From contig JBLYPX010000001.1 of assembly GCA_048538235.1 (NCBI GenBank), forward strand, positions 594,136 through 658,135: a stretch of DNA of 64,000 nucleotides, read 5' to 3'. The notes beneath the pieces are model-generated. The model saw only the letters and a program-made list of their open reading frames with translations. It searched no databases and was not told where the DNA came from. Source of the stretch: Candidatus Komeilibacteria bacterium. Lineage in GTDB: Bacteria > Patescibacteriota > Patescibacteriia > UBA1558. Shown one piece after another: positions 28,142 to 39,100 of this stretch (the stretch's first letter is position 1; every line of letters begins with the position of its first letter). A program made the position numbers and the translations under genes.

Positions 28142-31100
28142 TATCTACCCTTATTATATAAACTAGACACTTCAGTTGGAGATAATACCCTATTATAGAT
28201 CTTAATGCCACTCATATTACCATCAAAATATCCAACCTCCCCTAAATCTATCCCATCTACACCCACGCCCAAATTACTTGTTGTTTTCGAAATATCTAAT
28301 CCACTTGCAACAATCGTATTATTAATATAACAGTTACCGTTGGTGTCAATTACTAGATTGTACCAATCGCCAGGGGTGAAAGGATTTGCAATCGTTAGCG
28401 TATATGCACTATCATTATAAATTTGAAAGTTACCATTATATATTTGCATAACTAAATCATCTAAAATACTCCCTGACTCAACCCCAAAGAACCTATTATT
28501 ACTTGTGTCATCAAAGTTTACCCATAGAGATATGGTGAATATGTCTGTTAAAATGTCAGCAGGCAACATTATATAATTATTACTTCCATTAAAGGTCGAA
28601 TAATCTTCACCAATAGTTGCACCATACACATCACCATGATTTGAATATGGTGTTGAGTCAACAACTTTACTTAATCTAGTACCATTAACAAAAGGTGTAA
28701 CATGATCCTTTTCTTCCACTTGACCACCATAAAGATATATATCTGAACCATTATCTGTGCCAAATATATATGTACGCACTTCATTTGTGCAGGTGCCAGA
28801 AAAAGTATGTGTTATTGAAAATCTTTGCCATTCTGAAGTTAATGTTTTTCCATATGATGAAGAAGGGTTTGAATCTCCATTAGTTGCCATTTTCATAGAA
28901 AAAGAAGTATCTGAACCACCATTATTTTTAGCCCACATTGAAAAAGTAAATGTTCTACCACAAGTATTAGCTCCTGAATCATTATTCATACGATAATCCC
29001 CTCCCGTTCCGGACTTGGTTAAATTACCAACTGTAATTCTATTACCAAATGGGCCTGTAGTTTCTACATGGCTCATAGCCCAAACATCGTCTGGCCCATA
29101 AGCACAAGCGCCCCACTTACTTGAACAGCCTATGTATATTGGGTCATCTCCCATTGTAACTGTATTACCACCAGCAGCTGAATAATTAACCGTTCCCTCT
29201 GTTTTAGAACTCTTTAAATCTAAATCCCAACTACCAATTAAACCTTTATTTAGATTACCAGTTCTTAATTCTGTATTATATGAACTATATAATTCTTGTA
29301 TATCTTTTAAAGATAAGGCTCTGTTGTATATGCGCACATCACTTAGCGATCCGGAGTAATAATAGTCTGTTGAATAAGAATATTTAGAAATTCTAGTATT
29401 TCCTGTCCAATTTATTGGCGTTACTACTGCTACTGAATTTGCAAATTGACCATCTATATACACACTAAGTGTATCATTACTATGCACACCGGTTGCTAAG
29501 TGCCAATTACCATCGTTATATGTTGATCCCGTTTGTGCAGTTTCCCCTCCATAAGTTCTAAACTGCACTTTACCACTTGAAGTTCTTAATTGTGGATTAC
29601 CAGCCAATTCTCCATCAACATTTATAAACATATTATATGAACCTGCTGAAGTTGTTTTAAACCAAACTGAATATGTAAATTCATCGCCTAATGACCCCAA
29701 AGAACCTAAATCTACATAATCGCTAGTTCCATTAAATTCCATAGCTTTATTAGCTTGCCCTTGCCTATCTGTCGTGTAAATATTAGTGTCTTGGTAAAGC
29801 GCCCCATTGCTTGAAGCAGAAGTAGAATCTTTAGTTAACAATTCTTTTAAAATGACATTGTCTATAGATATGTCATTAGCTGAACCGCTACCAAAATATA
29901 ATATTGAATCTACCCCGCCCCAAGTAAAGTCTTTTGAATAAGTTGTTCCGGCAGTTGGAATAGAACTAGAAATACTATTACCTCCGCCGGCAAATATTGT
30001 TAAAACACCAGAATTATATGCCACTACATCATATTGCAATCTATATCTTTTACCAGTCACGCCCAAAACATTTTGTGATAAATACAAACCCCCGCTTTGC
30101 ACAATATTAGCCCTACCACCAGTAATGTTTATAGTCCCCGGAGTATTCCAACTGCTATCCGCATCAAAACCGCCATTACTTACTATATCGTCGCTAACTT
30201 TCTCACTTGACTGTTCAAGCTTCCAATACCCAACTAACCCCTTTTGATCACTTCCAACACTAATAAATTGTTCTGATTGACTGCCATTGTTATATAAAGA
30301 AGCAATTTCTCCTTCGGCTATTTCACCTATACTAACACCACCGTTGTCTAGAGCTCTATCATAAATACGCACATCTCTTAAATAACCATTATACCATCTA
30401 TCGAAAGTTGAATTTCCTCCCATCTTTAAATAAGGATCAAAATTTACACCATTGGTTGCGTAATTATTTGTATAAACACCATTTCTATATAAATCAATTC
30501 CTCCGCCCGTAAAAACAAGCATAATATGCTGCCATTCATTAAGAGTTATATAATCATTACCTGTTGTATATTGAGGTACATATGATCCTGTTGGCACACC
30601 AATATTCAACCTTCCATCTGATCTTAAAGATATCCACCACCCTTCACTACCACTAATACCAAACCTATCATGAAATATCATATGGTAATCAGCCACATCA
30701 TCTACTGTAGGGTTCATCCAAAAAGACAATGTGCCGTCCGTGTTATCTATTGCTGGTGCCGTTGTAGAAATAACATAGTCAGAAGCGCCATCAAAATATG
30801 CCGCCTCTCCAATTAAACTAGCCCCCGTTACTACGCCGTCGTTACCATTACCAGAATTATCTTTTACACCCTTATCTAAAGACCACCAACCAACTGGCAT
30901 ACTAACATCACTGCCGTTATATAAATCTAATACTTGATCACCTGTTAAGGCCGAATCAAAAATACGAACATCTGCTATATTACCATTAGTATTTTGCATG
31001 GGGGAACCACCAGACATCACACCACCAATTGTTAAATTTGCAGAACCATTAAGCATGGTTGTATGCATAGAAGATCTTTGCTTAACCAATGCGCCATTTA

Positions 31101-32106
31101 CATACACCTTACCAGTCCCTCCACTTATTGTCGCAACAACATAATACCAATCACCTAAAGTTGGTGCTGTTGTATTACAAACGCCTATCCAATTTGCCGT
31201 CAAAACGTTAGTTGTCCACAATGAAAATCCACCACCAGTACTACTTTCACATAAAGATGAGGTTGGTCTAGTTAGTCCAAAACCCCACTCCCTTTGATTG
31301 TTGCCATAGTCTGCTTTTCCTGCAATAATTGTTTCTGTACTATCATCTATACTATCAAACTTAACCCAAGCCGCTACAGAAAAATCTACATCTGTGAATG
31401 TAAAACTATCATTGTCTGGAATTTCTATATAATCATTATTAGAAGATTCAAAATTATAGCCGTGATTTCTAATACTTGTACCATAAATAACTCCATTATT
31501 CGAATTTGGTGTAGTGTCTAACGTTTGTAATTCTTTCAAGCTTACATTATCTAAACTAAATACTTCACCGGTATGACCCGCAGTAACCGTTGTAGAGTAT
31601 ATCCTCAATGATGTAGCATCTACACTTGCAACAAATGAAAATGAATAATGACCATTTGCAACATTTGTCATATAACCAGATGGAGACTCCCACAATGTAA
31701 TGCCAGATTGATTTGCCAATATAAAATTAACGCTTCCGGTGCCATTACTAATATCCATTGAAAACTGGTACGACTTACCAGTTGTTATAGCTAATGTCTG
31801 TTCAAGATAATTGGTACCACCAAATAAATAGTTCGCCTTTCCACCACTAATGGTCCAACCAGTATGCGTGCCCCAATCAGAGTCTGTAGTAAAATCTCCA
31901 TTAGTTAACAATTCAGCGCCAACTTTCTTACTTTCCTCGTTTAATCTCCATTGCCCAACCAATCCTTTCTGAGAAGAACCAGAGGTAAATGTACCCGGAT
32001 TGACTATTCCGCCACCAACAGCAAAACCAATACCAACTAAAAAACCAACGACAATTAATGCCGCTATAGATGACGTTAATAAGTTGTTGGTTATTTTTTT
32101 TAACAT
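28141..32106 (-). CDS. Four-LamG surface protein with three nested CBM-like inserts, 1321 aa (paralogue of 24035-28141)
   Basis: Similar N-terminus, same domain order, shared segments (RNHGY.F, GA.LIGEA.YFDG, TTDR.GQ.N.AM.F.G, TPY.NHG.VYGAT.GE.YSTFNGS.NYI) and C-terminus SLYN.GR. Confidence 0.8.
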   Translation of the reverse strand: MLKKITNNLLTSSIAALIVVGFLVGIGFAVGGGIVNPGTFTSGSSQKGLVGQWRLNEESKKVGAELLTNGDFTTDSDWGTHTGWTISGGKANYLFGGTNYLEQTLAITTGKSYQFSMDISNGTGSVNFILANQSGITLWESPSGYMTNVANGHYSFSFVASVDATSLRIYSTTVTAGHTGEVFSLDNVSLKELQTLDTTPNSNNGVIYGTSIRNHGYNFESSNNDYIEIPDNDSFTFTDVDFSVAAWVKFDSIDDSTETIIAGKADYGNNQREWGFGLTRPTSSLCESSTGGGFSLWTTNVLTANWIGVCNTTAPTLGDWYYVVATISGGTGKVYVNGALVKQRSSMHTTMLNGSANLTIGGVMSGGSPMQNTNGNIADVRIFDSALTGDQVLDLYNGSDVSMPVGWWSLDKGVKDNSGNGNDGVVTGASLIGEAAYFDGASDYVISTTAPAIDNTDGTLSFWMNPTVDDVADYHMIFHDRFGISGSEGWWISLRSDGRLNIGVPTGSYVPQYTTGNDYITLNEWQHIMLVFTGGGIDLYRNGVYTNNYATNGVNFDPYLKMGGNSTFDRWYNGYLRDVRIYDRALDNGGVSIGEIAEGEIASLYNNGSQSEQFISVGSDQKGLVGYWKLEQSSEKVSDDIVSNGGFDADSSWNTPGTINITGGRANIVQSGGLYLSQNVLGVTGKRYRLQYDVVAYNSGVLTIFAGGGNSISSSIPTAGTTYSKDFTWGGVDSILYFGSGSANDISIDNVILKELLTKDSTSASSNGALYQDTNIYTTDRQGQANKAMEFNGTSDYVDLGSLGSLGDEFTYSVWFKTTSAGSYNMFINVDGELAGNPQLRTSSGKVQFRTYGGETAQTGSTYNDGNWHLATGVHSNDTLSVYIDGQFANSVAVVTPINWTGNTRISKYSYSTDYYYSGSLSDVRIYNRALSLKDIQELYSSYNTELRTGNLNKGLIGSWDLDLKSSKTEGTVNYSAAGGNTVTMGDDPIYIGCSSKWGACAYGPDDVWAMSHVETTGPFGNRITVGNLTKSGTGGDYRMNNDSGANTCGRTFTFSMWAKNNGGSDTSFSMKMATNGDSNPSSSYGKTLTSEWQRFSITHTFSGTCTNEVRTYIFGTDNGSDIYLYGGQVEEKDHVTPFVNGTRLSKVVDSTPYSNHGDVYGATIGEDYSTFNGSNNYIMLPADILTDIFTISLWVNFDDTSNNRFFGVESGSILDDLVMQIYNGNFQIYNDSAYTLTIANPFTPGDWYNLVIDTNGNCYINNTIVASGLDISKTTSNLGVGVDGIDLGEVGYFDGNMSGIKIYNRVLSPTEVSSLYNKGR

Positions 32107-35100
32107 TTATTCAAGATAAGCTGAACTATTTGCAAACATAGCTTTTTTAACTTGATCATCAGACAAAACATATGTATAAAATTGAACATCATCTATACGG
32201 CCAACAAATTGTTCTGCTGAAGTTGTAAGTCCACCGATTACCCAAGTACTAGCAACTCCATCTGGATCAGCTGCATGATTGCATGTATTCACCAGAACAC
32301 CATCCTTGTACAGCCTTACCCTTGTACTGTTAGTTCCTGTATCTTCCATACTAGCCGCAACATGTGTCCAAGTGTTAAGACTTATAGTTGATGTTGAGTC
32401 TGTACAATTATAATAGGTGCCATTATGAAAATGATGATTTAGATAATTAGTTGATCCCACCTTTAATACAAAATCACGACCACTAGTGGTTATCCCAATT
32501 ATATCTCTATTAGTATTCTGACTAGTTTGGTAAATCCAGGCAGCAAATGTCACGTTTGCATTACCATCGATATTATAGTCTGTGTCTAGTGGTTCAACAT
32601 TCACAGTATCTGAAGAACCAGCAAAATTAAGTGCATAACCGAACTTTCCATCTACCCAAGTTACTCCCCCGTCAGACAATGTGCCAGTATAACCACCATA
32701 TCTATCATATGCTGAAGTTCCAGTATTTTCATCAAAAGACCAATGAGCGGTTGGCTTTCCACCATTCATATCAAAAGCTATTTGTGCTTGAGTTCTAACA
32801 TAGTCATACACTCTAATATCATCAATTAAAACATTAGTCTGCCTAGTTAATGATGTTTCTGTGGTAGCACCTATAGAAAAAGGATATGGGTACGGATATG
32901 TACAATCATATGTACCAGAAGAAACATTATGCGTTGCCGAATCTACTAATTGACCATTCACATATAATTTAACCTCTGCATCACATCCTCCTGCGCCAGT
33001 TCCTAAATTGTCCCAAGTCATGGCATAATGGGTCCATACAGTTCTATAGGAACTAATATCAGTATAAACATTTGTATAAAAATAAGTATCATTATTTTGC
33101 TCTGCCTTTGCTCTTAAATTATTTCCATCAATGAAAAACGTAAATCCGTAATTATTTGAATTTGTGTGAGCGTTTCCTACTATATCTCCATTTGTTTCAA
33201 TAGGGCCTATTGCAACCCACGCTTCTAGTGTCTCGTTTGGCCAAGTATTAATATCATCAACCCAAATACCGTCTGTTGAGCCATCAAATAGCAAATAAGG
33301 TCCCTCTGGCCTCATATACCAAGCTGGAGATCCGTCCCAAGTAGTTCCTGTAATTGAACTAGTGCCAGAATCATACAAAGTTGTTCCAGTATTTTCATCT
33401 AATTTAAACCAATGAACAGGCGCATCACCGCCAAAACCACCATCTGCCCATGTAGACGAACTTGTCCTATCTGCACCTAAAGCAACAGCAGAGCCAATAT
33501 TATAATCATATTTAACATCATCCGCACTTAATGCGTAATTGTAGAACTTTAATTCATCAAGACCGCCTTCATTGTATTGACCAGTATTACCGCCAAATGA
33601 TACAGGACCGTTAATAACCCAGGTAGAAACATCGTATGCTCCGCTTCGAGCCGTGCCCGTTTGACTCGCTAATACCCCATCTATATATAATGCCACCTGC
33701 GTTCCATTCCACGTGCCTACTAAATGATGCCAGGTATCGCGTGTTATAGTTCCATTTGCATAAAGCTCCCCATTGTCCGCGCGAACATACATCGAAACCT
33801 GATTGTTAGTAGTGTTTCTTAACAATCCGTGAGAGCCAGAATATGACCCCCTACCCATAATGGCACTTTTATAACCATTAGTCCAAGTTTCAGAAGATGG
33901 AACATTTATCCAAGTTGAAATAGAAAACGGATCAGTCCAACCAGCAGGATAACCCCAATCGCCAACCAAAATTCTATCATCAGATCCATCAAAGTACAGC
34001 TCGCTTCCCAAAACACCATCTTGTGGTTTAATAGGTGTGCCATATATAGTTCCGTGTAAAGCTGATATAGTGCTGTCATAGGCTGCTGAAGTATAATCTT
34101 CCTCAAAAGAATAATGTAATATTGGATGAACGCCTTTAGCACCATACATATCATTTAATATCTGCTTCTCGTCAATTGCGTAATCATATATTCTCAAATC
34201 ATCAATATAGCCCTGGTAGTATATTCCTGTATTATTTGTCTGACCAATCATCAGATCAAAACCTTGTGTACCGTTCACATTAAAAGCGCCAGTCAACCCT
34301 GGTACTGTCCCCTGCAAATTACCATCTACATACACTTTCACGCCATCTGTTGAAGATTTTGTTAAAGTAATATACCTCCACTCATCATTTGCACCTATAG
34401 ATATATCAGAAGAAACAAAATAATCATAATCCGTACCATTTAATTCCATGTAAAAAACGACGTTATCTGGATACCAGCCTATTTCAAAATTATCATCTAT
34501 AACACTACCGGCGTTGGCAAACATAACATTATATACATTATGATTAGAATAATCTGGATCATAGACTGTTGGATAAATCCACATACTAATTGACATATCT
34601 GTATTACTGGATCCAAACGGGGATGTAGATGTCCAAGTGTTTGGCAATGTAATTTTGTCTGTAGATGAATTAAATAAAGCCGCATTACCACGTTTTCCAG
34701 GACTCCAAGAAATATTAGATGGTGTTCCAGTATACCCACCACCGCCACTATCATAAGTTAAATTAGCAGTACTATTATCATCCATCTTCCAATAGGCAAA
34801 AGGCACACCAGGATCTGCATCGTTATTTGATCCTAAGGCAACTGCAGAACCAATCTTAGGAGTATGTCCAGCAATACCAGCATTGTAATCAGCTAATACT
34901 TGCGCCGCGTTTCTTTGGTAATTATAAATCTTAACCTCATCTAAATAACCTTTGTATTCGTCAGCAATGTACGTTTTACCGAATTGAAAACTTAAGGTGC
35001 CATCTGTCGGATCTTGGCTTGTACTCCAAGTAAATGTTTTAATTTGTTTACCATTAGCATAATATACACCCGAACGAGCGCTAACATCTCTGGTAACCTC

Positions 35101-35637
35101 TATATGCTGCCATTCATTACTGGTTAAATAAAATTCCGGATCAGTCGCGACTCCTAAATACCAACCGCTAGTAGTTGTTTCACCATGATAATAGGTCAAG
35201 CCATCATCTATTTCTAAAGTAAAATCAAACTCATCAGAGTACCTTTTGCCCAAAGGATTTTGACGATAAGTCATATCTGTTGGTCTGATCCAGAAAGAAA
35301 CAGACAAATCCCCTGCTACACCAGGTATATCACCAAAACTAACATAATCATCAACGCCATCAAAATACATACAACCGCCAGCCACACACTCATCTTCTCC
35401 TACCCAGCCAGCACCATAATAAGCGGTGCCATTATATGAACCCGCTTGATCACAAACATCCCCTCCGCTAGGACAAGTATTATCATCCATCTCATCCATA
35501 CTCCAATAATGTATTGGATCTGCACCAGGATTTAAATATGCCCAAACATTATATGATTGAAAAAGGTAAACTAAACCAGCCACAATAATTATTGCTGTAA
35601 ATATGATAGATGTATAATATGCTGTACTTTTTTTCAT
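32107..35637 (-). CDS. Five-LamG surface protein, 1176 aa
   Basis: N-terminal hydrophobic helix ending NVWA. LamG starts PIHYWSMDE, PFAYWKMDD, PILHYSFEE, PVHWFKLDE and PTAHWSFDE. Linkers are shared with 987-5912. Confidence 0.85.
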   Translation of the reverse strand: MKKSTAYYTSIIFTAIIIVAGLVYLFQSYNVWAYLNPGADPIHYWSMDEMDDNTCPSGGDVCDQAGSYNGTAYYGAGWVGEDECVAGGCMYFDGVDDYVSFGDIPGVAGDLSVSFWIRPTDMTYRQNPLGKRYSDEFDFTLEIDDGLTYYHGETTTSGWYLGVATDPEFYLTSNEWQHIEVTRDVSARSGVYYANGKQIKTFTWSTSQDPTDGTLSFQFGKTYIADEYKGYLDEVKIYNYQRNAAQVLADYNAGIAGHTPKIGSAVALGSNNDADPGVPFAYWKMDDNSTANLTYDSGGGGYTGTPSNISWSPGKRGNAALFNSSTDKITLPNTWTSTSPFGSSNTDMSISMWIYPTVYDPDYSNHNVYNVMFANAGSVIDDNFEIGWYPDNVVFYMELNGTDYDYFVSSDISIGANDEWRYITLTKSSTDGVKVYVDGNLQGTVPGLTGAFNVNGTQGFDLMIGQTNNTGIYYQGYIDDLRIYDYAIDEKQILNDMYGAKGVHPILHYSFEEDYTSAAYDSTISALHGTIYGTPIKPQDGVLGSELYFDGSDDRILVGDWGYPAGWTDPFSISTWINVPSSETWTNGYKSAIMGRGSYSGSHGLLRNTTNNQVSMYVRADNGELYANGTITRDTWHHLVGTWNGTQVALYIDGVLASQTGTARSGAYDVSTWVINGPVSFGGNTGQYNEGGLDELKFYNYALSADDVKYDYNIGSAVALGADRTSSSTWADGGFGGDAPVHWFKLDENTGTTLYDSGTSSITGTTWDGSPAWYMRPEGPYLLFDGSTDGIWVDDINTWPNETLEAWVAIGPIETNGDIVGNAHTNSNNYGFTFFIDGNNLRAKAEQNNDTYFYTNVYTDISSYRTVWTHYAMTWDNLGTGAGGCDAEVKLYVNGQLVDSATHNVSSGTYDCTYPYPYPFSIGATTETSLTRQTNVLIDDIRVYDYVRTQAQIAFDMNGGKPTAHWSFDENTGTSAYDRYGGYTGTLSDGGVTWVDGKFGYALNFAGSSDTVNVEPLDTDYNIDGNANVTFAAWIYQTSQNTNRDIIGITTSGRDFVLKVGSTNYLNHHFHNGTYYNCTDSTSTISLNTWTHVAASMEDTGTNSTRVRLYKDGVLVNTCNHAADPDGVASTWVIGGLTTSAEQFVGRIDDVQFYTYVLSDDQVKKAMFANSSAYLE

Positions 35638-35661
35638 TTATTTACTGTGTAATTTAAATAT

Positions 35662-36135
35662 TTATTCGCTCTTCTGAATAGCCCTAACTATAGCTGAAGT
35701 TTCCTTAAGGTTTTCTATATAACTAACACTTTCAATTGGAACTATCATTTGGTTTCTTGGGCCATGTATTTCGCTCCCTAATTTTATTAAAGCAAGTTCA
35801 GATTCTTTTGGTTGAGGCCCAGACTGTAAAGGCTGTTGATCTTGTAAATAATACACTCCTTCTAAAACTAAAACTTCGCTATTCATGCTAGTAACTTTAC
35901 CAAAATATGTCTCTCCATTATTTACAAACACAGCTTGGTAACCATCCATTATATAGCTATCTCCTGCGGCACTATTTACTAATTTACCTCCAATAAAAAT
36001 CACTATTAAAACCAATATAATAACCCCTATAATTGCAGATATTAACTTTTTTGAGTTATATATTGCTTTAACATTGCCTGATGGTTTATCCATATTTCCC
36101 ATCTGAATTCTTCTGTTTTGAATATCATTTTGCAT
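35662..36135 (-). CDS. Small single-pass membrane protein of a family recalled as common in Patescibacteria (unknown function)
   Basis: TM helix followed by YQAVFVNNGETYFGKV...VYYLQ...LIKLGSEIHGP.NQM.V...IENLK. Family assignment is from memory, not a search. Gaps to its neighbours are 21 and 24 nt. Confidence 0.75.
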   Translation of the reverse strand: MQNDIQNRRIQMGNMDKPSGNVKAIYNSKKLISAIIGVIILVLIVIFIGGKLVNSAAGDSYIMDGYQAVFVNNGETYFGKVTSMNSEVLVLEGVYYLQDQQPLQSGPQPKESELALIKLGSEIHGPRNQMIVPIESVSYIENLKETSAIVRAIQKSE

Positions 36136-36156
36136 ATATTTATATTAAATTATTAT

Positions 36157-39100
36157 TTATTCTGTAATCGTTTCAATTACTACATCTTCTGTACTATCTG
36201 TAATTATTTCAACATTTGGTGTGTCCTCACCAATTATTACCTCAATGTCTACATTTTCATCTACAACCTCAGTTTCACTAACAGTTTCTTCTACCGGAAC
36301 TTCTTCAACAGCACTCTCATCTACTACCTCTTCAACAACTTCTTCTGGTTGATTAGCAATAAACTCATCTATTTCTTGAACTATTTCTGTGCCAGCAGTT
36401 GGAGTTGAATAGCTTGGTGAACTTACATAAGTTTCATTCACAACATCCTCAGATACTGAATAATCTCCTGAATAAGATAAACTTGGCATAATTATTAATT
36501 CATTCTTACTCTTAGCAACACCCAATACTTGTTTAGCACCGTTTACTGAAGCAATTACTGACAAAGATCTTTGTAAAGCAAGACTATTACCATCATCCAA
36601 TGCTTTAGCAATAGCAGCTTCTTGTTCAGCTAAATCTGCTTGCAATTCACTAGACTCAAGTAAAAGATTGTTTAATTCATCATAATTGTCTGAAAGAGTT
36701 TCTAAATCACCTGGCTTATCTGCTAAGAAATATGCAGCACCTGGTTGTAAACTACTAAAGCCACCAACCTTACCAGATGAAGCTACTTTAATTAAACGAA
36801 TATTATCTCTAATTTCAATTGGAGCGCCTGTTTCTAAATCATAACCAAGTCCAGTTAGATATGCATTTAACTCTTCTTCCGGAATATAGTCATAATCTAA
36901 TATTTCAACAGCAAGACCAATAGCTGGCAAGAAATTATTATCTGATGCCCAAGTTTGACCAATTGTATCTGAGCCAATAATTGCTACTGCATCACCAACT
37001 TCAATAGCACCTTCTGATCCATCCCAATAATTTTGAGTAATAGCTCCAGATAACTCTAAGTTACCTTTAACTTTAATACTACCAGCAACAGATATATTAC
37101 CAAGGAATTCTGCCTTAGCTACTGTAATCTTACCACCAAAGATTGTTTCACCCTTAACAACCACGTTACCAAATTCCTCATATTCCATGATAGATAGATC
37201 AATAACTGTTTCTTCATCATCCGCATCTACGATTGTGATAATACTACCAGTATCTGTTACAACTGGGTTATTGATACTAATTAGAACACTAATCTCACCA
37301 AATTCTGGAACATCTACTTCACAAGAACTTGTATCTACAGTTTCTAATAATAGTGCTAATTCATCTTCTGTATAAACAACTTCTGAATTTAATAGCTCTT
37401 CCTTATATGTATTTTCTATATCCTTAATACAAGAGTTAATTGGGTCAAAGCTTGATAAAGCTACACCCAAAGTACCAGCGCTACGGCTAGTTGCTTTCAT
37501 AGCAATACCTGCTGTAGAAGAAGTTGTAAGTAAATCTCCTTTAGCAATAGCTCCATTTTCTAAACTTACCTTAACTGGAGTAGTACCAGTTAACACTATT
37601 GTTCTTCCTTCTAAATTCTTCTTCAAGATAACTGCTGGATCTGTTGTAACCACACCAACAATATTTGTTGCATTTTTTCTAAGTGATTTAACTGTCATAA
37701 CTTCACCACTATGATCTGTTACAACAATATCTCCAGCTTCTGGCAAACCTTCATAATTACACACACCGTCTACACAATTAGCATATTCATAGACATTAGT
37801 ATCTTCAACAGTCATGTCTAAAACTGTCTTAACATCATCTATTGTTAATTCTCTAACTGTCATATTTTCTGCAACATCTCCACGACTATCATTAGTTTGA
37901 GCATCGCTATCCACAAACTTATCTTCTACATCTTCTGAAGCAACACCATAATTCTCATAATTAAAGGTTACTTTAGAAATCTTATTGAAAGCAACTGAAT
38001 TTGCTGTAGCAAATGGTAAAATACTATTTAAGTTTATATTTGTACTTGAAGATACAATATTCTGTCCAGCAGTTACTACATTATTTGCTGTATTTATTGC
38101 AGTGGCTGCAATCTGAGTTGAACCATCTTCATCTATAATTAGTGCCTTAGCTTGGCCACTAGCTACATAGCCAACCAAAACCTGACCACTATTTAATGTT
38201 GAAGCATTAATCTCTGTTGTTGCTGAGTTATTAATTATTGTTTCACCAATCACACCAACACCACTTTGGTTATATATTACAAAGTTGGCAGAAGAATCTG
38301 CACCATCAATATATGTAATAATATTATTACCATTACCAAGCATAGCAACGCTTATATGTGCTGGTGCAAAATTATTAAATGTCTGTGTTGTGATTACATT
38401 TAATGAATTATCTAAAATACTTATAGCTCCAACTGTATCTGCATAAGCAATCATTAGATTTCCATTAAGCATTCTAATAATATCTATGTTACTTGTTGAA
38501 ACCGAATTAAATACTACTTCTGGTGTAATAATATTTCCTTGGTAATCTACTTCTACGACTGTACCATAATTACTATTACCCTTATCTTCAAATGCTATAA
38601 CCACACTATCATTATATGTTGTTGTTAAACTAATATTATCTGTAGAGCCTGCATTAAATGTACTTGGACCAGATACTACTCCAGCCTGATTAATTGTAAC
38701 AACTTGACCTGTTCCAGTAACACCGCTTCTGTATGCAACCATTATATTATCATTATCTAAGTATGTAGCTGCTATACTTGATGCTTGATTGTCATAAATT
38801 ATTCCAGTCTTTGTTTCATTGTCTGAATAAATTGCATATTTTGCTTTACCGTCTGCATTATCTATATATCCCACAAATACATTACCGTTTGCAAACTCTT
38901 CAGCTACAATTTCATCTGCACTATCTGGTAATAAGGTGACAGTTGAATTTACAGTCATAACACTATCGTCGATATTATCGACAATTGTCAAAGATTGACT
39001 GTCTACATTGGCCGTGTAGTCGACTGTCACCTGCTTGCCAGTCCCTATGCCAGGGATTATATAAAGGAACGAATTAATCTTATTTGCTTCATACACCCTT

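Noticed and set aside
432-34754. Short alternative-frame ORFs on both strands (e.g. 15470-16090)
   Set aside because: Fully nested in long domain-rich CDSs; sequences look like off-frame translations.
880-35637. Type IV pilin-like N-termini on the LamG proteins
   Set aside because: No G-F-T-L-x-E prepilin motif; they look like ordinary Sec signal or anchor helices.
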